63,768 nucleotides of DNA, filler included, from Kipferlia bialata (GCA_003568945.1; 5 parts of 4 records of this genome joined end to end with filler, not necessarily neighbours in it), one strand, 5' to 3'; positions 51,751 to 63,309 are shown, counted from the first letter of the whole stretch. The notes: generated by a model from the letters alone, not told the origin. Program-made: numbers and translations.

Positions 51751-52179
51751 GGTACATGTGTACTGAGCTTTCTTCTCTCTATCATATCCATGAGTATGTG
51801 TAGTAGGCAGTGCCCCACTTACTCCAGCTGGGCCCTTCCCAAGACACCAATACGGAAGAACGCCGGACAGGAGGACCACTACTGATGGACCTGGCGACCC
51901 CAGGCTGTGACTCACAAACATGTTAACTTTGTCACATTTTCGGTCGCTCTGGCTCTGGAAACAACTCCTCCACTTCAATAGATACTGATCACACACTTCA
52001 CCATTTATAGAGTCGATCATCAGTGACAAGACTGCTCCAAATCAATGGGAAGAGGCACAAACGTTGTCCTTTGTTCGATTAATAGTGACCACCCTCCTGG
52101 GACTCTAGTGGCCTACCACCTATGACGTTAACAAAGGCCATACTTCAAGCATTCTATTCACAACACCTATCCCCCCCTA

Positions 52180-55102
52180 TCAGTTGCTAGATGCCCACTT
52201 CATGTCTCCACTGGGATACACCAACCCCTGATCCACATCGGCCACTCCGAAACTAGAAAAAGAACTGAACACCATCCTGCCATCCTCTGTTAGTATGGCA
52301 TGGTCAATGGGACAGGGCCTCTCAAATGTGCCAGGCAGTGTCTCCCACTCAGTCCACCTTCCAGACACAGTGTCATATACTGGGTATGTGGTGTAGTCTC
52401 TGCCCAGAAACACTATGAACTGCCCACAGACTACGTGAGATGTACCCACTCCACATGAGTGCTTAAAGAGGTAGGGAGTTGGGCAATTACGCATGGCCTG
52501 ACACACCTCTTTAGTCATGTCCCGCCATCCTGTTCTTGGGGAGTAGGTGCACACCCCGCCCAGACTACCCACTTGCTTAGGGAACCTGCCCTCGCCAATC
52601 TTCTCTCCCTTTGGGGAAGAGCAGAACACATAGGCAGTGTGATTGACTACACACACCCTGCTCTGACAGGGATCAAACGAAGCAGTGTCACTAAACCCGG
52701 CCATGACTGTGTTCGTCACTTGAGAGGCCATGAATGGAGGTACATCACCCTGCTTCCACTCCAGACTCTCAGTGTCAAAGATGTGGAAGAGAGTCTCCCG
52801 TAGAGTGTCAGTATTGTCCTGCTGAGCATATCCAATGAAGTATATGCACTCGCCCATTGCCCAGGAGAGGGAGAGGTATCCAGGTCCACTGGCATCCCAG
52901 GACACCACCTGAGAGTATTAGTAGAGCATCTGTTTAGGTGAAGATTTATGTGCATTATTGAACTTGTAGTGTCTGGTCAATACCTCCCGATTGTGCATGG
53001 GGGTGTCAGTGACAGTATCAGTCTCATGTAATCCTAATAATACACTGTAGCAGTATGTTCAACATACTGTTGTATAATCAGTATCAGTACCTCCCAGTTG
53101 TGCATGGGTGTGTCCAGGTCATGGAAGGCTATCACCCTCCCCTTTGTATCTGCATCCATGGGTGTCCAGGTAGTGACATAGACACGGGTACCAATGACAT
53201 AGGACTGCATAGCGGCATTGTCAGAGTAGCCGAATGAGAGACCGAGGGTCTCGCGTCTCCCCTTGATCTTGATGGTACTGTCATTCCCTTCAGTGTCACA
53301 CACTGCCTCGATGGAATCTGCCACACTCAACTTCTCTGCCAGAGCGTCTCCAATAGGTAGTGTGAAACAGTCTACCCCTAGTGATTGGGGTAGACAGAAC
53401 ACCTGGATCAGTGAATCACTGATCCAGTGATATATTTATACTAATAATAGTTATCACATAGCATCTGTTATAGGTAGACTCTCTATCCATACATACCTCA
53501 GCTGGACCCTTCATAGAAAATACAATTTATAGTACTGATACTATTAATACAAGATAGTTTTCTTATAGTATCTGTCCTATGTAGACTCTCTATACATACA
53601 TGCATACCTCCACTGGACCCTTCATGGCATATCCAACGATATACCATACAGCGTGTGTACACACATATATATACAGGAGTATATTCATATACTTATGTCT
53701 CTATCTATATGCATACCTCAGATGGACCTCTCATGGCAGCAGGACACAGCACTAGATCGGACCAGTAACTGGGGAGAGAGGGCTCTAGCAAGGCATCACC
53801 GGGAGTGATGGGCCGCAGCTGAGAGACCTGTTAGGTGAAAATTGCGAAATGAGTCATGTAACACATACGTATATACGTATGATACATATATGTATATACT
53901 CATATACTCATACCCCCCCTACCTTCATAGCCTGTGACGCACACTGTGGGTGGTGGCTGCTGCACAGTATCCTACTCCCATTGTGGTCGTGGGTGGGTCT
54001 GGAACTCCACCTCCAGCCATAGGCTGAACATAAGGAAATACATACATGTGGGCACACATACATCATACTCTGATTAGGAATAGAGACACAATTAACAATG
54101 AATACTATTCACTGTACCTGGGTTTCTCTTCTGACGGGCTCTGAAGGTGGTGACATGGAAACCACCTGTAGTCAGGTATAGAGACGCTGCAGAATGATAC
54201 TCATATTGTGCCAGTGTTTCTGAGAGGCTGTGTAAGAATGGTCTCACCCTTCTTGGCCACATTGAGACTACACTCACAGACCCAACTTCATGAATACTAT
54301 ATGCACTTCCTTACGCATGGCAACAATGGTGGATGTTGTGTCCCTATATACATATATATCGGCGCATATTACTAATACACCTTCTCACCTTTCTTGCCCA
54401 CATTGAGACTGCACTCACAGACCCAGCTCTCAATGGCAGGGTGTACAGACTCATGTCCAAAGGAGTAGCAGCTGCAGCTGACTCTCCTCCCATCTTCCAC
54501 CTTCTGCCGGACTGTCTCTGCATCTCAGCCAGCATATCCTCAGGTGTGTCAAACACCATGCCCCACAGGGAGGCATCAAGGCCACTCTCCACATGCCCAG
54601 CCGGCACCTAGGGTGAATAGGTACGAGTGCATATATGACGAGAGAGAGAGAGATATGGGAGAGTCAAGAACACTGCTCCACATGCCCAGCTGGCACCTAG
54701 TACTATGGTGTGGCTCCGTATGCTTCATTATATATAGAGAGAGAGAGTATATAGGGAATATATGTATAGAGAATATATATAGAGGGATAGAGAGAGAGAG
54801 AGAGAGAGATTCAGACTTCATTGCACTCCCATGACATACAGTCAGTGAAAACAGTACTAGTACATTGATATATCCAGTACACCCAGTAGTAGAACTATCA
54901 GAATGCTACCAGGTGATTCAACCAAGCTAAAACAGTATTGGCAATGGCAATGGGTGGTCAAGCAGTGCAATCAGTGTCAGATTCAGCACATTGCTAGGTC
55001 ACGGGAGAATGGACTTGTTATACAGTGATACACCCTTCTGATATACAATGAATAGGGAACCTTACGGGCACGGGGCTTCTTTGCCTTGCCCTTTGGGGCC
55101 AT
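52180..55102 (-). CDS. Kelch-like beta-propeller protein with basic N-terminus and a family-specific N-terminal domain
   Basis: MAPKGKAKKPRARK|VPAGHVESGLDASLWGMVFDTPED..; VIGTRVYVT, AMGECIYFIG, FDTESLEWK, VVNHTAYVF, YDTVSGRW; ends VDQGLVYPSGDMKWASSN*. Confidence 0.7.
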
Positions 55103-55551
55103 CAGACAAGGGAGGGTGATAGAAGAGAGAACAACGTCGACAGAGACAAACGGGTTTCATTCGGTGTGACTAATCTAGATTCTAGACCTCATGATGAGGT
55201 CCTCATCATTCATTAGATCTATTGAATAGTGAGTATCATGATAGCATCTTACGCTCTGAGACCCGAGATCATCTTGGCACAAACTGGGCCAAGTGGAGGC
55301 AAGCAAGACTCTTGGTTCCAACACTTATATGGTAACTAGCCTAGTTAATAGGCCGATCTATTCTATGGACCTAGAAAGCACTGGCTTACACAGCACCTCA
55401 ATGAAGACTGAAGACTTCCAGACTGAAGACTTCCAGTGGTATGTTCGGAACACAATGCTGCTACAATATACCTGTACTCACTTAATGAGGTTCTCCTTCA
55501 ATATATTGCAATTTACTACTGGTAGAAAGTTGAGTGTCTCATTTTGCCACT

Positions 55552-58347
55552 CTAATAAGAAACACCATGCTTGTATAACCTATGCGTATGTGAGGTCCCC
55601 CTTCTCTAGAGTGTCCTTGAGAGCTGCCTGGATGGCCGGGATATCACCTTGTGGTTAAGACAAGATATATACCCATATACACATATATACATAGGTTAGT
55701 ATTTCTAATGTGTAAGAAATGTAACTTCAATGACATATACTACATACCTCTCTGCTTGAGGGGCAGGAACTCTCTCTCTCTCTCGCACACAAAGATGCCT
55801 GGGGTATGGGTGTTGTTATGAAATACAACTTACCAGACATGGATCTCTTTCATTACTCAATATGTATGATACCACCATCTCGAGCCTATCCCTATCAAAA
55901 TATTGTCCCGAGGTAGAGCATTCTCTCACCTAGCTTGGTGGCAGGGCACTGGGAGAAGGCGTCAAAGACAAACATCTCGGCCTGGGTATGAGAATATTTT
56001 CCCACACATATATATAATGAGAGAGCTAAGTAAGAGCCTAGTAATAGTCTATATACAATACCCACCTTCCACCCGTTTGGCTCCTCTGGTGTCACCTGGG
56101 TGGCACTGTCGGGGTCATAGTGGGGGACCTGGAGTGAGTGCCTACGTACCACATACACTTTGTTCTACCATAGGTGTTACACGATACATTCCCATAAGGA
56201 TGCACAAAGACGTTGTAGTCAAAGTGGGGGACCGAATATGCAACTGATATACAAAATAATGCCAGCCTCACCTTCTTGTGTGCCCAGTGGAGAGGCAGGG
56301 GCAGCGACAGTCCCTGGGGATTAGCAATAATAACACTATAAGGATGAGGAAATACACACCACTCGAGATTCTTCATGGTATCAGTAGGCCACACCTTAAT
56401 GAAGTCTGTTCTGAACAGGTGCTGGGCGATGTTTGCGTGTCTGAACACCAGTCTGCCACTGCCGTCTGCCTCTCTCCTGGCTGCCTCCTCCTCTCCTAGC
56501 TCACTGTACTCTACTACGACAGGGGTGGGGTCCTATGGTTAGTACTAGCCAAACACACGTATATATATATGTATATACAAATATGTATATGTATCACTGT
56601 ACTCAACAACAACAGGGGTGGGGTCATAGGGTCGGTATTAGGAACACATACACACACACATATATATATATACATACATATACATATAATACTGTAATAT
56701 GCTAGATGTTCAGAGCGATTGCCATTTACCTTTGGGCTTCCAGCCACCCCAACAACCCCAACCTTCTCACCGGGGAGCTTCTTCTCAAGAACCTGAGGGG
56801 TAAGGGAGGAGAAAACAGCAATACATATGAATAGACACGTATCTATGATAGGTATAATCAAGAACACTAGTAGGTGAGAGGTAGACAAGAACTGTGTATG
56901 TCCTGTACCTTGTTGATGCAGGACAGGCCCAGTGTCTCTGCCATGCCTAGTGGGTCAGGGGGTGTCACTCAAAATGTAATATAGGAACATACTCACAGAG
57001 AACAGTATAACGAGAGAGAAAGAGAGAGAGAGAGAGAGAAAGAGAGCACCTAGCATGACTGGGTCACAGGGTATGCACAGGACATTGTCCACAGGCACAA
57101 AGTGGATGTACTCCACACCTGGGGGGTGAGACAATTAGACAGCATAAATTGAAATAGCGTACTGCTACATAGACACCTACATTATAATATGTATGTATCT
57201 GGATTCACTCACCCTTGGCCTCCAGCTCCGCCAGCACCCCACTCTGGATGAGGCCTCCAAACACCCCTCCATTGCCATCTGCTGAGACAGCAACAGAAGA
57301 AGGGGTCTGGAGGAGGATATTGCCTTAGGGTAAGAACGGTAAACAAACTATATATATATATATATACTGTTTGAATCAGCTGAGACAGCAATAGAGGGTG
57401 TCTNNNNNNNNNNNNNNNNNNNNNNNNNNATCAGCTGAGACAGCAATAGAGGGTGTCTGGAGGAGGATACTGCCTGAGGGTAAGTGCCAAAGAGAGAAAG
57501 AGAAAGAGAGACATACACGCAATCACAAAAGAAGTCAGGGAGAGCATTAGAGAAGGAGTTCATACCTGTCTCTCCGAGGCATGGGAGCTCTCCCTGCACA
57601 AAGAAGTGGACCTGGGAGGGCTGTAGGCCATGGTAAGAGTGCTCCTCAAAGTATGTCCTTGGGGGTCAGAACACGGTGACAAGGATAACGTTGAGCCAGT
57701 GAATGCTGTTAGGACACTACACGAAGTGTGACCAGTTACCTTGTGACATGCACGTTGTTGGGACTACACATGATGACTAGGGGCACAGGGGCACAGGAGC
57801 CTAGGGAGGATGTAGTAGAGGCCTGGAGACTGTGTTAGAGAGAGCGACAGAGAGCAACATAGCATTCAAGAGAGAGAGAGAGAGAGAAATACCTTCTGAT
57901 TCTGGCACACATGACAGCAAAGAGTGTCCATCCCCTCTCTCCCTCTCCCTCTGTCTCTCCCTCTGTCTCTGTCTCTGACTCAGCTGGCATGATGGAGAAA
58001 CAGCCCTTGGGGATGGACAGGCCTAGGGTGGGAGTGATGCTAGAGTGACATTAGATTAATGAAACAACCCTTGGGGATGGAGAGGCCTTGGGGTAAGACC
58101 AAAGACCAGGCTAGGCTATCGAGTATACACTTTACAGAGGCCAAGAACAAACACATTACAAACAATGCATACCTAGTCTAGTGCCCATCCCCCCTGCTGC
58201 CACCACCACAGCACACTTCCCTCTCTGCACTGCCTGGCTACCCCTGGCCAGTCTCTCTCTCTCTGCATCCCTCTCTCCCTCTGGCCTGGTGGTGTCCAGG
58301 GTGGGCATCTTCTCAGGGGGGCGGAAGCCCTTCTAGGAGTGAGATCA

Positions 58348-58383
<36 letters not shown>

Positions 58384-58732
58384 GAGAGAGTGAGTCAAGG
58401 GTGGGCATCTTCTCAGGGGGGCGGAAGCCCTTCTGGAGGTCAGGTATATACGAATGTATATAAAGAGAGAGAGAGAGACAGTCAATGGTGGGCATCTTCT
58501 CAGGGGGGCGGAAGCCCTTCTAGGGGTGAGGCGATGTACATATGTATAAACATATATATCCAGAGAGAGAGAGAGACAGTCAAGGGTGGGCATCTTCTCA
58601 GGGGGGCGGAAGCCCTTCTATGGGTTAGATAGGTACGAATGTATATATATATAGAGAGATAGAGAGACAGTCAAGAGTGGGCATCTTCTCAGGGGGGCGG
58701 AAAACCTTCTAGGGGTGAGGTGATGTATATGC

Positions 58733-58768
<36 letters not shown>

Positions 58769-59247
58769 GTTAAGCCAAAGGTATGTATCTTCTCAGGGGG
58801 GCGGAAGCCCTTATGGAGGTAAGATAGAACTACAATATGAAGAGTCATACACACGTATATATACTAGAGAGAGACAGAGAAAGAGGTATGGAATGCTCAC
58901 CGGAGACCCCACGAAGAGTGATGCCGGGTGACTGTCTCTGAAGGCATCAAGGTGGTGGTAGGGGTAGGACTGAGGGTGAGGAAGAGAGGAAGAGTACACT
59001 GACGTATACTGAGAGTATATATAGAGAGAGAAGGGGAGAGAGAGAGAATGTATCCATGTGGTGTAGGACTAAGAGAGTGAAAGAACACTTGTAAAGAGAG
59101 GGCGAGTGAGAAAGACAGAGAGTGGGCATCGATCTGCACTTCAGATAGTATGACTGAGAAAGGGGTGAGGATAGGAATATATATATGAACGGTACATACC
59201 GCAATGTGTTTCCGCAGCTGTGCGGCCTCCCCTGTAAGACCAGATGC
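55552..59247 (-). CDS. UAP1: UDP-N-acetylglucosamine pyrophosphorylase; N-terminus truncated by contig end
   Basis: GKCAVVVAAGGMGTRL|GLSIPKG, PLVIMCS, VHFFVQGELPC, ADGNGGVF, GVEYIHFVPVDNVL..DP, EKVGVV, VVEYSEL, FRHANIAQHLF, LHWAHKKVPHYD, PNGWKAEMFVFDAF, REREFLPLK. Confidence 0.93.
58298..58825 (-). repeat. Intronic tandem array: real exon start plus 5 copies of [branch point/3' splice site + first ~27-38 nt of the exon + (CT)n(AT)n filler]
   Basis: gggcatcttctcaggggggcggaagccctt-like unit occurs six times at about 90-110 bp spacing. Confidence 0.92.
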
Positions 59248-59343
59248 TGGGGTGAGAAGTGAGTCAATGAATACATAGACAGAGAAATATAAAAAGGGAG
59301 AGGCCCTGAGTACTAGAGGATGGATGTGTCTGTGTGTGATGGT

Positions 59344-59376
<33 letters not shown>

Positions 59377-59391
59377 GATGGGGGGGGAAAA

Positions 59392-59491
59392 NNNNNNNNN
59401 NNNNNNNNNNNNNNNNNNNNNNNNNNNNNNNNNNNTTAATTAATTAANNNNNNNNNNNNNNNNNNNNNNNNNNNNNNNNNNNNNNNNNNNN
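59392..59491. other. Artificial scaffold linker
   Basis: TTAATTAATTAA at 59436-59447 within Ns. Confidence 0.95.
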
Positions 59492-59496
59492 GGTGG

Positions 59497-59534
<38 letters not shown>

Positions 59535-59577
59535 GGTGGAGGAATGAATAGACTGAGTATCAGACTGAGCCTGGATA

Positions 59578-60070
59578 CCTGACACAATCCTGTATCCGAG
59601 CACACACCCCGAGATGAGGCAGAAGATGCCCTTCCTGACGGTGAGGGGGAGAAATAGTGATAGGGTGAGTTCACAGTCACCCAGAGAGAGAGAGACAGAG
59701 AGAAGACAGTGAGTAATATATTTGATATTCACTAGTATATATACTAGTATCCCTAGTATATATACATTCATATATATACACTCACCAGCACATCAAACAG
59801 GACCAGGGGTGCAAAGGGTATGACCAGGGGGAGGAAGTATGTATATAGTACATAAACGGTATATATATGTATATATGTGTGCTCACCAGCACATAAACAG
59901 GGCCAGGGGTGCAAAGTGTATGACCAGGGGGAGGAGAATGTGAATACACCAGTAGTATGAACAGTAATATACAGGCACATACCAGCACATGAATAATGCA
60001 AGGGGTGCAAATGGTATGACCAGGGGGAGGAAGTTGTCAGCGGCATCCTCAATGTCAAAGTGGCCATTGG
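59578..60070 (-). CDS. Two exons of an unidentified membrane protein
   Basis: NGHFDIEDAADNFLPLVIPFAPLALFMCW|KGIFCLISGCVLGYRIVS with consensus splice sites. Confidence 0.5.
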
Positions 60071-60465
60071 CTAGGGGTGAGACTATATATATTTATATAC
60101 ATATGTATAGAGAGAGAGAGAGAGAGAGAGAGAGACGTCCTCGATGTCAAAGTGGCCATTGGCTGGAGGTGAGACAGAGAAAGACAGAGAGACATAATGA
60201 ATGGATATATGACGAGAGAGAGATAGGGTAACATTATGTCAAAGTGGCCATTGGCTGGACGTTAGGAGGAGACTTGTTACCATATATGTATATAGAAAGA
60301 GAGAGAGGGACATATAGAGACAGAAAAATGTAGGGGGGTCCTCAATGTCAAAGTGGCCCTTGGTTGGGGGTGAGACTAAAATAGTATGGATAGAAGAAGA
60401 GAGAGGGAGAGAGAGATAGAGACGCATCCTCAATGTCAAAGTGGCCATTGGCAAGGGGTGAGGGG
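59783..60465 (-). repeat. Exon flanked by 4 upstream copies of its 5' junction and 2 downstream copies of its 3' junction
   Basis: atgtcaaagtggcc occurs 5 times (60050-60450); ggggtgcaaa..tatgaccagggggagga occurs 3 times (59800-60035). Confidence 0.92.
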
Positions 60466-61362
60466 AAGACAATGCATATATGTATGGATGGAGATGCATA
60501 TATAGATACATATGAGGAAGGGTGGAGATACATATATGTCCAATATCAAAGAGCACTACTGGGATTTATAGGATGACAGAGAGGAATGGGTATACGCAAA
60601 CAGCCACCCTAGTCATGTGAGTATAGGAATGTAACCAGGGTCAATACGATAAGAGCCTTATAGATCCCTGCGAAAAGAGACAAACTGAGAGGCTGGCAAA
60701 CTGAAGTGTCAATTATATGTAACGCCGCCAAACTGACATGTGTGCATGTCATGTCTGTTGCATAATCATCATCGTTCTACATACCCCACGTGTGAGTGAC
60801 CTCCATATAGAGCACTGTGCCGCCCCTAAGCAGATCAAGGCTCAGCACACGCTTCTTGCCTCGCTCCTAGTGGTTAGGAGGCCACAAAGGGACAAAGGGA
60901 CATAATGCTTCATACACTGAAAGAAATCACAGACGCCGTATCCACTCACTACATGTGTACATATAGCATATAGCGATGCATACATCCCCTTAAAGGGCCA
61001 ATATAGACATCATCCATTCCACACTGAATGACTATTCGGTATACATACGTCAACACACATGATTATGAACACCCATTGTGGACACTCAAACCATGCTGCC
61101 CAATGACCATTGTACGCACACTAAAGGCACATTCACCCACCTGTCGCAGCGTGAGTGCTTTGGGCCACTTCATCTCTCTCTCCCACTGAGAATACGGTGA
61201 GCGTGAGATCATGTCATGACGTCTCAAGTTCCCGTTCCATCAAACACGAATAGGGGTGTAGTCCCCTACACCCCTAGATCTTGTGTGTTTGTAGTCAGAA
61301 TCTGATACTGTGCGAATGAGTCTTGCTGAGATATGCTCTTGCCGAGCAGTACAGAGGACCAA

Positions 61363-61528
61363 ATGAGTCGGCAGCTGCCTCCCAAGCACCGTAAAAGGGC
61401 CGTCAAGGTCCCTGCTGGTGTTGAGGAGAGTGGCGTAGATGCCTCCCTGTGGGGTGAGACATATGAGACCACTGCTGATCTGGTGTATGCCCTGGAAGAG
61501 GCCTCTGGGAGGAGGTGGGCCGTGGCAG
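61363..61528 (+). CDS. First exon of a paralog of the 52180-55102 gene family
   Basis: MSRQLPPKHRKRAVKVPAGVEESGVDASLWGETYETTADLVYALEEASGRRWAVA followed by a gtaagg donor. Confidence 0.6.
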
Positions 61529-61586
61529 GTAAGGGAGAGTCCACATAGTATATATATTGTGTACATAGAGAGAACTCGTCACCTCC

Positions 61587-61634
<48 letters not shown>

Positions 61635-61734
61635 NNNNNNNNNNNNNNNNNNNNNNNNNNNNNNNNNNNNNNNNNNNNTTAATTAATTAANNNNNNNNNN
61701 NNNNNNNNNNNNNNNNNNNNNNNNNNNNNNNNNN
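61635..61734. other. Artificial scaffold linker
   Basis: TTAATTAATTAA at 61679-61690 within Ns. Confidence 0.95.
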
Positions 61735-62272
61735 TCCCCCCCGGGTTCCCCCCCCCCCCCCCCCCCCCTCTTTCCCCCCCCCCCCCCCTTCCCTTCTTCT
61801 TTCTATTCTCTCCCACCGCCCCTTCTTCTTCTTCCTATGTGTGTCCAATGCCAGACTGAGACTAGTGCCCCCTCGCATCACTCCCCTTAGCAGTCAAGGC
61901 ATGTTGTCCACTCAAGTATATCTGTCCCTACGCTCATACTCTTTCTCCCTCTCTCTCTCTTGACTTTGCTCCCCCCCCCTCCAATTCCAGGTTGGCGATC
62001 TGTCCATACTTCCCATATTGTATACACATACTCTACTGACGCTCGTCTATGTTAATGTACACTATATACCACGTCTTTGTGGGAACCATGCTCAATAATG
62101 AGCATGCCCCCCCCCCCCCCCCCCCCCCCCCACAGTCCAGCGTGTATTCCAGTGAGTAACCTCTCACTCCATGCATGTTTGAGTCATTCTACCATTACTT
62201 TCAAACTGGATGTTGTGAATTTAAGAGCATTGACATATCTCTATCTGTCAGATTCCACTTTGTAACCCTCAG

Positions 62273-63309
62273 GCAGCATGGAAGGACTGTTCAGTGATGA
62301 GTACCATTCCATTCCTGGAGACCTCATGTGTGATACCATTGAATCCAGTGTGCGTGGGCGAATCCGTAACATCATGGTCTCTGTGGGTCCCCACACAGTG
62401 TATGTGATACACAACGCAAGGGAGTGGCCATTTAGGTGTCGGAGCTGCATCCTAGAGGTGGATGATAGCGATATTGAGCGTGTCTCTATCACCTGCCACG
62501 AGGCAGTGGTGCTGAAAGAACAGGATCAGGCAAATACTATGGTGCTGGTAGGAAGTTACCTCGTTCACATTGGATACACACCTGACCATCTGAATATTGT
62601 TGATTTGGGGGCCAGCAACCTGTATAGGGGTCCTGTCGTGGAAACCGCCGTTCCACTTCCCCCACTCCCACGTTTCAATAGCATCAATGTGGATGAGGAC
62701 GCTACCATTGGACCTGTAGCTTCTGTTGGAGGGATGCTTTTGATCGCATATGGGGACTATTGCGTTCCCCAGGGTCGCAGTAGTGTGGTCGAGCGGAAGG
62801 CTTGGCTGGTGGATCCTGACACGAGAGGGTGCACCAGTATACCAGACAGCCCCATATCTCTGAAGGAAGCCCATGTTGGAGTGATTGGGGATGATGTGCA
62901 TTTCATCAAGGGTGACTATCATGTCACATACAGGCTTGGGGGTGGGTGGACGATCGAGTCTATTGTGTTTACTGTTGAGTCTGGGATGAGGCATGTGTGT
63001 CCCTCTGATACACTTGTTGTAGGTAGGCACCTCCTCATGAGGCAGTATGGGGGGCAGGTCTTCCTAGCATACGACACTGTGTCTAATGAGATGGAGGAGT
63101 GTGTATACCCAACACACCAGGAGGGGTATGTGTGCATAGGGGGTGTCATGCTCTCACCCTCCTCTGGACTGCTGGTCAGGGCGGACTATCCTGGGTACTC
63201 AGTCGACTATCTGTCCCACGTGGTGTGTCCAGCCGATGTGGCTGGTGACACTGCTGTTGTGGAGAGAGGGTACTTCACGCGCCCACTCATTGGTGACACA
63301 GATGCTTGA
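62273..63309 (+). CDS. Divergent kelch-like beta-propeller protein (long terminal or single exon)
   Basis: 343-aa ORF preceded by the acceptor-like gtaaccctcag. Motifs LVGSYLVHIG, VGGMLLIAYG, VIGDDVHFI, VVGRHLL, AYDTVSNE. Confidence 0.65.

Noticed and set aside
58298..58825. CRISPR-like appearance of repeat-spacer arrays (also 60050-60460)
   Set aside because: The repeats are copies of a spliceosomal exon start, the spacers are microsatellites, the context is eukaryotic, and no cas genes are present.
20798..61690. Four identical TTAATTAATTAA palindromes
   Set aside because: Always centred in 100-bp N blocks: an artificial six-frame stop linker, not biology.
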